DNA of 64,000 nt, taken from the human T2T-CHM13v2.0 reference genome, Homo sapiens. Within the stretch, counting starts at the first letter, position 1. Every line of letters begins with the position of its first letter. Positions 11,697 to 24,069 of this stretch are shown piece after piece. Both the position numbers and the translations under genes were made by a program. Where the stretch lies: NCBI RefSeq assembly GCF_009914755.1, contig NC_060933.1. One strand, 5' to 3'. Under the pieces are notes generated by a model. The model was given only the letters and a program-made list of their open reading frames with translations, was not told the DNA's origin and searched no databases.

Positions 11697-14202
11697 TTGC
11701 ATCTGTGGGAAACTGAGGCCCAGACAGGCCGGGGCATGGTTCTGGTGGGGCCTCACCTGCCCTTCTGGCCTTGGCCCCTGCAGACCCTCTGGGCCACTTC
11801 CTGCCAGGGGTGTGGATATGGCAGAGCAGCCCTGGGTGCTCTGTGGCTCCCAGCTCCCCACACCCCCTAAGCTGGGCTCTTCCGGGCAAGGCTGGGGCGG
11901 TAACCCTGGGGTGTTCTGGGAGATTGGAGACCCCCTGGGGTTCCATGCTTTGCCCAGCCTGCCCCTGCTGACGTTAGGGCTGCCTGGGACTCAGCTGGGT
12001 CCCTAGTGTTGGTGGCTGGGGGAGAGGAGCCAGGAGCGTGGACTTTGGCATCCCAGGCTGGGGCTGGCCTCTCGGCCCCTAGCTCGTGGCCCTGGCTTTG
12101 AATGTTACATAGATGAGGCCTCATGTGGGTCCCTCCCCTTCTGCTTACCTGCCCTCTTACTTATGAGGAGGCTGATGCTAGAGAGGGGTGTGCCCTGTCC
12201 CGGTTGCCCAGCTGGGGGATGGGGCAGGCCCACAGCTTCTGGGGAGAGCGTTTCCCAAGGTGGGGTCTGGTGCTGGCAGGAGGGGGCGGGGTGAGCCAAT
12301 GGCTCCGGGGCCACCACAGAGGCGGCTGTTGCTGGAGGGCTGATGGCACGCTGGGCCCGGGAAAGCCCCTCGTGGGCCATCTCCCGGAGTTCTCTTGAGG
12401 GCCCCTGTCTTACGGATGAGGAGATAGAGGTTGAGGATCACAGCCCCAGCCTGCAGGCGCTCGAGCTGAAAGCCCTCGCCCCTCGTGGTGGGGCAGCGCG
12501 TCCCTGGGTGAGTGACCAGGCGGCCTTGGGTCTCTGGTGAGCTCAGGGAGCGGGGTCCACGTTGCCTGGCCCAGGTGGGATTTGGCGGGTAACGCTCGTG
12601 GTGTGTCCTGGTGTGAGACCCGGTGTTCTTGGCTGATGTGTGGGTTTGCTCATGGGGTGGACCAGGCCGCTGCCCCTGCCTCCTGTCTCTGGCTGTGGCC
12701 ATGGCTGTGTGGACCAGGCTGGGGCTGCACTGGGGCCTGGGTGGTAGGGGGTGATCTGCTTGTCCAGTGGTTTCTGTGGCTTTTCTGGGGTCCTGGGCTG
12801 TCCCTCAGCAGGCCTGGGACTGGGCGGGGACAGTGGGGATGAGTTTCAGGTCTGTTCTTGGTGGCTGTTAACTCTAGGCCAGATGTAGCCCTGAGGGGCC
12901 CGGCAGAGTCTCGGTGGGTCTCGGTGGGGCCAGCTGTCGGTGGGTGAGGTGCCCCAGGGGAAGGGAGGGCCAGCCCAGAAGGACCCTCCCATTACCCTCT
13001 GGTGGCTTGCCCATGCCACCATTCCTACTGCTAGGCTCAGGCCTGTCTTGGGGAGGGTTCCTGGGCTGGGATTGGCCGTCGGGGAGGTGCACACAGACGC
13101 TCAGCACAGTTGTGGCTGCCTCCAGTCAGGCGTCCGCTGAGCGACCCCTAGGAGCCGCCTGTCTTTGCAGGAGCCGCGGGGATCATCTGGCGGCTGCCTC
13201 CACCCCTGCCTCCACCCCTCCCTTTTTGGGAGGTGGGGCTTGGCATCTTCAGCATCTCTCGTGCCTCAGTAACAACCTGGGAGCGGTGCTGTCCCTGGGT
13301 ACAGATGAGAAGCCAAGGCTCAGAGGCACCAGGGCCCCAGTGGGAGGCGGCAGAGCCTCTGGTGGCTCCGTGTGGCATGTTCTGGGCTGTGTGTGGGGCC
13401 AGGGAGGGTGTCTTCAGCACAGGTGCCCGCTGGGTGGTCTCCCATGTGTGCCCAGGAGGAGTGCCACAGCCTCTCCCTCTGCCCACCCCCCCCATGCCTG
13501 CCCTGCCAGCAGGTCCAGCAGGCCTTGGCACAGGCTCCAGAATTGCACGTGATCTCAGACGGTTCCCAGCTTCCTCTGCAGGGCGGGGCTGCTCCAGTCT
13601 CTTACACCAGCGCATCTGCAACTCATTACACAGCGGTGTCGGTGGCAGAGTGGCCTGGCCACGGCGAGCTCCTGGCGGGAGTCCCCCTCCCCAGCAGCCA
13701 CCCCGTGCCATGGGCCTCCAGGTCCCCCGGGTGCTGGCCTGGGGACAGCACCACAGGGCCCAGCCAGGGCTGGGGCAGGGAGGAAGGGCCCCTCCACTAG
13801 TGGGCTTTGGCCTCCTCGTGAGGAGCTGGGTGGGGCTGGAGAAATCAGCTCCCGCCAGCCTGATCTTCCTGCCTCAGAAGCTGAACCCCGGGGACAGTGT
13901 TGGTCAGAAAAGCCATAGACTCTCCACGGAAAAGGAAGCCTGGCACCCCCCATGTTTCACGTAGGCCACCCTAAGGTCCACAGATGCCTGGGGACAAGGA
14001 TTAGTGTGAGCAAAGACACAGGAGTCGGGGACACATCCCAGTCGGAACGTGGTGGAAAGGCGCCAGGCAGGCTGAGTCGGAGATGTCCCTCAGGCTCCTG
14101 CTGGGAGAAGGGGCTGGTGGTTCCCGGGCCTGCACATCCCCACCCCTGCCCTGCGTGCCACTCTCAGCCTTTGCCCAGCACCAGGCTTATTATCCGATTG
14201 GT

Positions 14203-14445
14203 TAATTGGTTGAGATACGGGTCACCTCCCGTAACAGTCATCTTTTTAAGGCGTGCAGTTCAGTGGGTTTTCATCCACACACTTGCACAGCCACCACCAC
14301 AGCCAGCTTTAGAATTTCGAAGCACTTCCACCAACCCCCCAAAAGAAGCCCCGTGCCCGCTGGAGCTGCTGCAGTGCCCCGCCTGACCCCACCAGCCACT
14401 CCCCTGCCTGCCTTCTTTGTGGATCTGCCTGGTCTGGCGTTTGTG
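14203..14445 (-). mobile_element. Ancient L1M (L1MB/MC-like) 3'-end fragment
   Basis: ttgagata...tttaaggcgtgcagttcagtgggtttt...cacagccaccaccac...tttagaa...ccccccaaaagaagccccgtgccc follows the antisense L1M 3'UTR pattern. Confidence 0.65.
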
Positions 14446-15682
14446 ATCTCCCTCCATCTTCACAGCAGTCTAGGTGCTGCGCTGGGCAGGGACTGAGTCT
14501 GCGGTGGGGGGGAGGGTGGTGACCCTGTCCGGGGAGACCCAGCCTTGCTCCCCGGAGCCCACCCTTCCACTCTCTGTGGGAAGAGAAGGACACTGAGTCT
14601 GCCTTGGGTTTCTCTTGCGTCCCCACATGCAGGGACGACGTGCCAGGGCCCGCTGTGTGCCCTTACCGTGGAGATCCCACTTTACAGATGGGAAACTGAG
14701 GTTCAGTGGTCGAGGAGCCAGCACTTGGAGACAGGATGTGAAACCCCCGGCTCCTGGCCCCTCGGCCAAGCTGTCGGTGCAGTGCGGTGACCCTCGCCGG
14801 CTGGGGAGTGTGGGGTGGGCTTCCCTTTGTGGGGGCCTCAACTTGCCTGCCTGTGCAGGGGGTGTGTGGGGCACCATGGTCCCCCAAGGGGCACAGAGCC
14901 TCCTTAGCACCTGCAGCTCCCCCTCGGGTGGGGGGTGCCGGGGTGTCTTGTGGCCCCTTCTGGGTCCTTGGGGTTCCTCTCCCACACCTGAGGGCCTGCC
15001 CAGCCTGTCTCTGGCAGCCGAAACTGGTTCCTGGGCCCCGGCTCAGCCAGCAGTTTTGTGCTGACCCTGCAGGAACTGCTAATTAAGCTAATAGTTCCCA
15101 GAGCTGCCTGACAGCAGCTGATGGTATCGGCCTTGCCGGAGATGCTCGGCCGATAAGCCGCTCCCTGCCTGCTCAGAGTAATTTGTTATTAAACACCACA
15201 GCTCGCGCATGCTCTCCGCTCTGGAGGTGCCAGCTTGCAGGGCCAGGAGCCTGCGGCAGCGGGCCTGGGGCTAGGGTCTCCTCAACCCCCTCCCCCCGGG
15301 ACTCCCTGCCATGCACCTGTGTCTCTGGAGAGCCCTCTGTAGGGGAGGGAGGCCAGGCTGCTCCCCGATGGATGGTCAGTGCCTGGCTGTGGCTCCCACA
15401 GTGCCCTGTGTCCCCAGGGCTCTGCTGATGGTCAGCTGGCCTTGACAGGCACAGCCAGGTGCCTGTGAGGTGCTGTTCCGTCCAGTGGGCTTGAGGCCCC
15501 CTTGGGAAGTAGGGCAGCTGCTCACTCTGCCCTTGCCACCCACTCCCCTGGGGCTGGATAGCCCCTGCCATGGGGGCCACCGGGTCCTTCCCGCACTGTG
15601 GTGTTCGGAGATGCGCCCTCCAGGATGAGAGGCTCAGGCAGCAGAAGGCTGCAGAGAGCTGGCTGGCTTTGAGCAAAAAGTC

Positions 15683-16892
15683 ATGTGTGCCGTTCTGTTA
15701 GGGTGTGTGTGTGTATGAGTGTGTGTGTGTGACTGTGTATTTTGTATGTATAGGTATGTGTGACTGTAGGTGACTGTGAGTGTACATGCATGTGGATGTA
15801 TGTGTGTGGCTGTGTGGTGTGTGTGTGAGGGTGTGTGTGTGTGACTGAGGATGTATGTGTGAGTATACGTGAATGTGTGTGGATGTATGTGTGACTTCAT
15901 GCCATGTGTGGATGTGACTGGGTGAGTGTGGATGTGTGTGTGACTGTGAGTGTGTTTGGGTGTGTGCATGTGACTGTGCATGTGAGATGTGTGTGTGCTG
16001 TGCATATGTGTGACTGCATATGTGTGTGTGAAAGTGTGTGAGTGCAGGGGTTATGTGTGTGAGTGCAGGGGTTATGTGTGTGTGGGGGTTGTGTGTGTGT
16101 GTGAGTGCGGGGGTTATGTATGTGTGTGAGTGCGGGGGTTGTGTGTGTGGGGTTATGTGTGTGTGAGTGCGGGGCTTGTGTGTGTGTGTGTGGGGGGGGT
16201 TATGTGTGTGTGGGGGGTTATGTGTGTATGGGGGGTTATGTGTGGGGGGAGTTGTGTGTGTGGGGGTTATGTGTGTGTGTGAGTGCCGGGGTTATGTGTG
16301 TGTGAGTGCGGGGGTTGTGTGTGTGGGGTTATGTGTGTGTGAGTGCGGGGCTTGTGTGTGTGTGTGTGGGGGGGGTTATGTGTGTGGGGGGGGTTATGTG
16401 TGTATGGGGGGTTATGTGTGGGGGGAGTTGTGTGTGTGGGGTGGTTATGTGTGTGTGTGTGGGGTTGTGTGTGAGTGCAGGGGTTGTGTGTGGGGTTATG
16501 TGTGTGTGAGTGCGGGGCTTGTGTGTGTGTGCGTGGGGGGGTTATGTGTGTGTGTGGGGTTATGTGTGTATGGGGGGTTATGTGTGGGGGGGTTATATGT
16601 GTGTAGGGGGGTTGTGTGTGTGGGGGGTTATGTGTGTGTGTGGGGGTTATGTGTGTGTGAGTGCAGGGGTTGTGTGTGTGGGGGGGGTTATGTGTGTGTG
16701 AGTGCAGGGGTTGTGTGTGTGTGCGGGGGTTGTGTGTGGGAGTACAGGGGTTGTGTGTGTGTGGGTTATATGTGTGTGAGTGCAGGGGTTATGTGTGTAT
16801 GTGGGGGGGTTGTGAGTGCGGGGGTTTTGTGTGTGGGTTGTATGTGTGAGAGTGCGGGGGTTGTCTGCGTGTGTGTGGGGGGGTTATGTGTG
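15683..16892. repeat. TG-rich low-complexity tract (about 15683-16030) merging into a G/T minisatellite (unit about GTGTGTGAGTGC(A/G)GGGGTT(A/G)T)
   Basis: Directly visible. A higher-order block of about 170-176 bp restarts at about 16126, 16302 and 16471. Confidence 0.95.
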
Positions 16893-19883
16893 TTGGAGAT
16901 CGCAGCTGTTGTGCCTCCGGGGGCTTCTTGGATACTGTCACCCATTCCCTGTGAGCTCTCCACACCCCCACCTTTGTGTCCCCTCCAGCCCCACCCAGGG
17001 CCTCCTCCCTGTGGGCATGGGAGTCATGGGCCTGGGTTTGAGGTCTGACCTGCTCGGTGGCCTTGGCGTGTTGAGGCCTCTCGGGTATCCTGTCTCAGAG
17101 CTGCCTTGGTGCACCCTCCCACAGCCTCACATTTGGAGGCAGAGGTGTGGGAGGAGAGGCTGAGTCCAGAGGTCCCCTCCTCCTAGTTCAAGGCTCACTG
17201 TAACCTGAAACTTTACAGACTCCATTTACACAGTCCCGTGTGTGCGGGTGCATGAGCCCAGCATGTGTACTGTGTTTGCACACGTGGGAGCTCGCCACGG
17301 AGTCTGCCTCCTGCCCAGTGGGATGAGCAGGGTGTACTCAGAGCCTCGGTGCACCGAGGAAAGCACAGCCCGTTTCCCTTTGCTGGACTGGAAGTCACAG
17401 TGGGGTACTGGGGGCTCCCAGACAGGTGGGAATGGGGGCCCACTGCCTGACTCCCTGGGACCCAGCTGGGATCTGGTCCTTGGTCTTCTGATGTCCCGGG
17501 TCGGAAGGATGACTGTCTGTCCCATGGCTATGGCTTTGAGGAGCCCCGGAGGCCCTGTGGGGTGGTGTCCATCTGCATGGGACGTGGGGGAGCACACGCT
17601 CTGAGCTTGAGCACTGGCTCCGCCGCTGCTGGGCAGTGTGACCTCGGGCAGGGCTGCGCTGAGCTTGGCAGGGCTCTCTGCCCTCGCCGTGTCCACTGCT
17701 GGGAGCACGTCAGGCCTCCCTGCCCGGCTGGTTCCAAGGCCTTTCTGGTCCCTGTGTGCAGACGAGGCTCCTCACCTCGGGACCCCACATTACTTTCTTA
17801 TTTGTGCGCTGGTTTACTTTGTCTCTCGCCGTGGGGCATCACCTCTACAGGACAAGGCCAAGCCTTTGCCCCGTAGACGAAGGGCTCATGGTGAGCCCCT
17901 CATTTGGGATTCTGTAGCTCTGTTGGGGCAGCCTGGTCATGCCAGGGCCTTTCAGGGTTTCAGAGTGCTGCCTGCTATGTGACCTCCCTGGTCGTCCTTC
18001 CTCGCCACCTGCAAGCCATCCCCGTGTGCTGGCTGGGCCCTGGGCTGCAGACTGGGGCCAGGGAGATCTGGACAGCAGCGTCCACCCCATGCAGTTCGCT
18101 GTGTGGCGGCGCCGGGTGGGCCTTGTGCACAGCCCAGCTCAGACCACGGAGGGTCTGGGGTTGGAGGTGGTGTGGACATGATGAGTGCTCTCACTCCAGG
18201 AGAGAACGCTGCCAAGAGAAGGGTGGCTGGCCCGGCGGGTGGCTGCTGAGGGGCCATCGCGGAAGGTGGGTGGTCAGCAGAGAGTACAGTGTCCCTTCTT
18301 CCACTGGGTTCCACCTGAGGGAGTGGCAGGAGCCGGAGGGCTTGGGGAAGAGGCCGCATCAGCCTCACTTGAGGGCTGAGTGCTGAAGACAGTGTGGGGG
18401 GCCCTGGGCTGGCAGGTGGGTCACCCTCGCTCTGGGACACGCTCAAGAGAGTGCCCTGGAGAGGGGTTTGCATCCGAAGCTGATCCTGCTTCCCCATCAC
18501 ATTCCCACCCAGTTACAAAAGTCATCCCTCCCACCGGCCCAGTGGGGGCTGCTGGGGCTTGGGGCTGAGTGGGGTCCTTGCTGCCTGCCTTGTCTGATGT
18601 GTGGCTTTGGAAAAGTCCCTTGACCCCCCCAGGCCTCTGTGTCCTTTGCCGTGAGGTCTCAGGGGACCAGTCGTCTAGAGCCAGGGTGCTCTTGGGCAGC
18701 CGCCACTGTCTCTGGCCCCCCTGGTGTTCATTCAGGCAGGGCCAGGGTAGCCGTGGCTATGAGCCCAGGTGGGTATGGGGCTTGGCGGGGCTGCCGTGTG
18801 TCCAGCGAGAGCCAGCTGGGCTGAGCTTCTCCTCAAATGCTGATGGGGGCCAGACTTCTGGGGGCACCGTCTCTTTCCATAACATGATCTCCCCTAGGCC
18901 TCGCCCCTAACAAGCTGGCAGAGAACTCTCGCCCCATTTCATGGCCATGGCACTGGTGGCTTGGGGCAGGGCCTGGCGGCCAGCTCTTGGGCCGGTGCCT
19001 CTGGTTCACTGGGCCTGTGGCCTGGCCCTTGGGGTATGGAGGACGGGCCTGGGGGTGGCGTGCGCCCCCTTGAAGTGGTCCGCCCTTGTCTCTGCCTGTC
19101 CTGAGGATGAGGGTCATCAACTGAGTCGGGGCCACAGGGCAGCCATGGGTGCGCGAGTGCAGGGCCGGGCCTGTCTCCTCCGGGCGGCGTGGCAGGTGGC
19201 TGGGCCAAGATGGCTGCAGCGCTTCCTGGGCGCTGCTGCGTGTTGAAACCCGTCTGTGACGTGGCCAGCGGTGTTGAAATAAGTGCCTGTGCATTTCCCA
19301 ACATCCTGCCAGCCTGGTGCAGGACTGGGTGCCAGGCCCAGCCTGGGCCTCCCTTGTGGGGTGCTCAGGCCCCACTTCCCTCCCTGGGGAGGGGAGGAGA
19401 GGCCACCTCGAGGGAGTGACGTCAAGGCAGGGTGACATTAGTCTGGGCCCACGGGATCCTTGCTACTTCCCCATTTATGGAGGGGAAACTGAGGTGTGGA
19501 GAGGGGTGAGGATGGGTTTGAAGCCCGGCCATCCAGTCTCAGTGCCGCTTGTAGAGGCAGAAGGGCGTAGGGAGGGAGAGGGAGAGCCAGGTAGGCCGAA
19601 GGCGCCTGGCAGTGTGGCAGGACACGCGCCCACTGGGGAGGTGGAGGGCCGCAGCCAGGGCCTCAGCTGAGGGCCTCCTGGATGCTGGCTTTGCTGTTGG
19701 GGCTGGAGCATGGACCCGTCCTGGGCCGATTATGGGAGATGGTGTGGAGTGGGGGCCGCAGGCGAGGGTCCCTCTTCCTTTGGCTGGAGGAGGCCTGGCC
19801 CTGGGACTGTCCCGTGAGGGGAGACAGTGGTTGGACCCATTGCAGAATTGATTTGTTATCACTGGGTTCCAGGCACACGGCTT

Positions 19884-19945
19884 AGAGGGCATCACGGAGG
19901 CCTCCCCGTCACCTCAGAGGGCATCACGGAGGCCTCCCCATCATC
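19884..19945. repeat. Tandem duplication, 32 bp x 2
   Basis: agagggcatcacggaggcctcccc.tca at 19884 and 19916. Confidence 0.88.
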
Positions 19946-21184
19946 TTATGGGGTGGGTGTTATTAGGCTTAGTTTAGAGGAGACAGAGGATCAGAGAGGC
20001 CCACTGACCCGCCTTGGGGCCCCCAGCAGGCAGAGGAACTGTGTCCAGGTGCTGGACTGTGAGACCCTGCTCTTCCCGGGACTCTACCACCTCAGAGGGT
20101 GGCAGCACAGGGCCCAGCAGGGCGTGTGCTCCTGTGGGGCAGGCGAGTCCTGGCTCTGCCCTTGTAGGCTGTGTGACCCCAGGCGGTAGCTCAGGCTCTC
20201 TGGTCTGGACTGGGCGCGGAGCTGCTTGAGATCTGGAATCTGGCTTTCTGGTGAAGGGGCAGCAGGAGAGGGGCTGAGACCCAGCCTTCCTGGTTGCAGA
20301 GCTGCGGTAGGCCAGACCCTCCTGCCTGCTGGGTGGGGCCTGGCATTCCAGGAACCTGTGGTCAAGCCTGGCCTGGGCTGTGGCGTCTGCCCCGGGTTCG
20401 TCAGCAGGGGAGGGGCCCTGGAGACCAGTCCGTTATGGATGAGGAAGCGGGTGCCCAGAGAGGGTGAGGAGCTGGGCTGGGCCACACAGCCAAGTGGCCA
20501 CAGAGCTGGGGGTGGTCAGGAGCCATGCTTTCTGGTAAGGCGGAAGTGTCTGGGGCCCGGGTGGGATGAAGGACTCGGGTCCCAGAGACCAGCCTTTGGT
20601 GCTGTTCTTGGGCTAGGAATGGCAGTAACAGGAAGGGCATGGCCACCGAGACGCACTGAGTTATGGGCACCTGCCGTCTGCCAGGAACTGTGGTCCACGC
20701 CCGACTGTCTTTAACAGCTCTGTGCCTGCTGCTGTGTGCCGGGCCCTGCGCTCAGCCCTTCTCGTGTGTGGTCTCCAACCCTGTGTGTTCCCAGGCCGTT
20801 GGCCCATTTTCCAGATGAGAATACTGCGGCCCAGAGAAGCAGCATTGTGTGCTGCGGTCCTTGGCCACGAGGTGGTGTGGGTTTTTTTGACCCAGATCTT
20901 CCTGTCTATCACCCTCCCTGGGCCTACCTTCCTTATGGTAGACACATGTGCAGGTCTGTCCCATCCCCCAGCTATCCACAGAGAGGCCAGGGTTTGGCAT
21001 GGGGAGGTGTCGGAGCCTACTGGGTTGTAGCTGGAGGGAGGTGAGTGGCACCTCCCACAGGAAGCCCCCCTTGATGTCTCCTCCACCTTGCCACATTACC
21101 AGCCGATAGCCAGGTTCCTGGAAAAGGCTGTCTTTCTGACTCTGGACTGGGTGCCCCTGGGCAGGGCCCACCTTTGTTTTCTAA

Positions 21185-21328
21185 TTTATTTTAATTAAAA
21201 ATTTAAAAATTAGAGACAGAGTCTTGCTTTGTTGCCCAGGCTAGACGTGAACTCCTGGGCTCAAGTGATCCTCCCGCCCCGGCCTCTCGGGTAGTGGGGA
21301 CTTCAGGAGTGCGCCACCTCACCTGGCC
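21185..21328 (-). mobile_element. Alu monomer (FLAM-like)
   Basis: AT-rich tail, then agagacagagtcttgctttgttgcccaggct...gaactcctgggctcaagtgatcctccc...cctggcc. Only one arm is present. Confidence 0.85.
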
Positions 21329-22257
21329 TCCCAGCCTGGTTTTTCTCTGCCTGTTTGTAGCCCTGGGTTCGACGGGGGAAGCAGTCGCCTGATGGGCAAG
21401 TGCTCTCTGAGTGGTGCATGAAGGTGGCTGTCCACGTGGCTGTCTGTGGTGTCGGTTAATCGTCACGGCTTCCGGGAGTTAAAGGTGAGGGTGCCATCCC
21501 CTTTCTGGGGACAAGGACGTTTAGAACCAGCGAGGTTGAGTCAGATGCCCAAGGCCCTACCCAGCCGAGAGCGATGCAGCCAGGACTCAAACCCAGATCC
21601 GCAGGCGGCGGCCGCTGTGCCCCAGTGGAGCTTGAGCCTGGGTGGTGGTTGGCACTCACCACCTGTGGGATGGATGAGGAAAGGCCAACCTGGTGGTCAC
21701 TGCCACTTCCGCAGTGTGGGCTGCTCCCGGCCTGAGGGTGGCTCTGGTCCCCAGCTGTCCTGAGGGGTGAGGGGGTGAATCGCAGGCCACCCTCCTGGTG
21801 TGGGCTGCGCTGGTCACTGGTCGCTGGTCACAGGGATCCTGGCTCTCGGCCCAGGGCCACTGTTTCAATGGGTTCTGGCTTGAGGGAGGCCCCCGGGGCA
21901 CCCCCCGCCTCCGGTCTTCCTCCCAGACCAAACCCCCACAACCTCCACATGTTGAGCCCCGAGCAAATGCCGTTCCCTCTGTCTACCCAGAGAATGGCCA
22001 GGCCAGCGGCTGCCTGGGGAGGCACAGCAAGTGGGTGGTAAAATTTAGACCTTTTGCCTCCTGGCGACTTCCTTCTTCAGTTTCATTCCTACAGAAGAGG
22101 AGATAGAGGCTCAGCGAGATTGTCTAACCTATTTGGGGAAGCACAGCTTGGCAGTGCCTCGTGTTACTGCTTGGGTCTCCTTGGAACTCGGCGCCTGCCT
22201 GGCTAGTTCTTAAGGACTCCTGCAGCTGGCGCCGACCTGGTCCCGCTATCCTGTAGG

Positions 22258-22590
22258 TCTGTACTTGGCACCTGCTATGTGCCAGGCACTGGCCAGGGCC
22301 CAGGGTGTCACAATGGAGTGGCCATGGCTCTATCCTCGGTAGCCCTCAGCCTTGGCACCCAGGGTGAGGGGCTGACTGTGCCCTGCACTGCAGGGAGTGC
22401 TCTTGAGGGGGTGTGTAGGAGATGAGACCCCTACCCCAACTGAGAGACTCTGGGAAGGCTTCCTGGAGGAGGTGTTATATAAAACGGAGCCAGGCTGGAG
22501 TGAGCCAGGAAACAGGTGGAGGAGTTTCAGGCCCAGGGAACAGCATGTTCAAGGCTAGAGGCGAGAGAGCCTGACATGTTCCTGGAATGA
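22258..22590 (-). mobile_element. L2 LINE fragment
   Basis: gcacctgctatgtgccaggcactgg; gggaaggcttcctggaggaggtg; cagggaacagcatgttcaaggc. These are typical antisense L2 motifs. Confidence 0.65.
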
Positions 22591-23940
22591 CCCAAGGCTG
22601 GGGGTGGAGAGCAGGCCGGGCCAGAGCGCGTGTCACTGTGGGGAGGTGGGAGCTGCCTGCTGTCTTCCTGGCCTGGTTCCGATGGCTGTGGCTGGCTGGG
22701 CACCCAGGAAACCTTCCTGCCTCCAGAATTGCAGTGGCTTTTGGGGTCTGAGGGGGGATGCTCTTCATGGAGGGCAGCCGAGGGCTCCCGGGTGGGCTGT
22801 GGACACTGTGAACAGTTGCTCCAGGCAGTGGGCAGGGGATTCCAGGCAGGTCCTGGCCCGGAATAAACCCTGGTTCATCTGAGGGTCAGCCCGGAGACTG
22901 TGTGTGGATGATCGGCCTGGCGGGAGAGCTGGGAGTGACGCTGGGTTGGCCGTCTAGTTTTACAGCTGGGAACACGGGCCAGGGCCAGCGGGCAGCCTGG
23001 GGTGGCCAGCAGGTGGGCCCGGGGCCGGCAGCTCTGGGCCCTGTGTGGGTTGTCAGGGCTGGAGGAGAAGCCTGAGGGCTGGGGTGAGGGCGATTTGGAA
23101 GCAGCCACTCCCTGGTGCGGAGTAGGAGGGCTGGCTTCTGGCAGGAGAGCATTCTCGGTGTGAGAGTTTGTGTTAGTGGCTGGGGGATGCTGAGATTCTG
23201 TAAAACACTCCCCCAAACAAACAACAAACACCACGTGCCCTGCGACTCGATGGCAGAGGCCACGTAGAGAAAACAAGCTGCCGGCCGCCCTCCCTCCCTC
23301 CCTCCCTCTCTCTCTCTGCTTCCCCCCCACCCCACCCCGCCAGGCTCGCAGCCTGCTGGCCTCCCTTCTCCGCATGCGGGCAGATCATGACAAGCCTTGC
23401 TATTTATTAATTTTTTAAAACAAAAATGGAATTCAGATTTGTGTTTCCTATCAAAGTTGGGATCTTCCTTAGGAAGGAAGGCACCCTCCCACCGGCCCTG
23501 CTGGTTGGGGCGGAAGAAGGCGGCCCCTCTGCAGGCGCAGCCAGGCCTTCTCGTGGAGGCCCAGAGGGGCGCCCTCAGCCGCGGGGCCTGCCCATGCCAG
23601 CTGTCGCACCTCGCGGTGCCCAGGGTTGTGGGGGTCTAGGAGCTTCGGTGCCTGGCAGGGTGCGTGTTTATGCATGTGTGTGTGACTCGTGCTCTGATCT
23701 GTGCGTGTGCCTGTGTGCCCCATCCACACTGCTCCCGTCTATGCTGTCTCCATTCCTTCGCGGGGGCAGAGGTCCCTCCAGTGGCCCAACCACAGCCCCC
23801 ACTGCTGCCCTGTCCTACCGTTTCTTCTCTCTCCTCCCCTGCCGCCAGCCACACTCTGCTCAGGCAGCCCTGGGCTCATGACTTGACAGCCTGGCCAGCT
23901 GCGTGGCCTCGGCCAGGGCGACCTTTGTGTGTTGGAGCCT

Positions 23941-24069
23941 TGCCGCGTCCTCTGTCTATAGAAGGTGATGCTTAGGGAGCTCTCAGAGAACCAGTGAGAC
24001 CTGTGCCGCGTCCTCTGTCTATAGAAGGTGATGCTTAGGGAGCACTCAGAGAACCAGTGAGACCTGTGC
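23941..24069. repeat. Tandem duplication, 63 bp x 2
   Basis: TGCCGCGTCCTCTGTCTATAGAAGGTGATGCTTAGGGAGC(T/A)CTCAGAGAACCAGTGAGACCTG at 23941 and 24004, with one mismatch. Confidence 0.95.

Noticed and set aside
16030-16892. GGGTTA hexamers as interstitial telomeric repeats
   Set aside because: GGGTTA is followed by TGTG and never forms tandem TTAGGG, so no TRF-binding TTAGGGTTA site arises.
16105-17048. Cys/Val/Gly-rich ORFs resembling keratin-associated or metallothionein-like proteins
   Set aside because: They are direct translations of the TG/G-tract VNTR.
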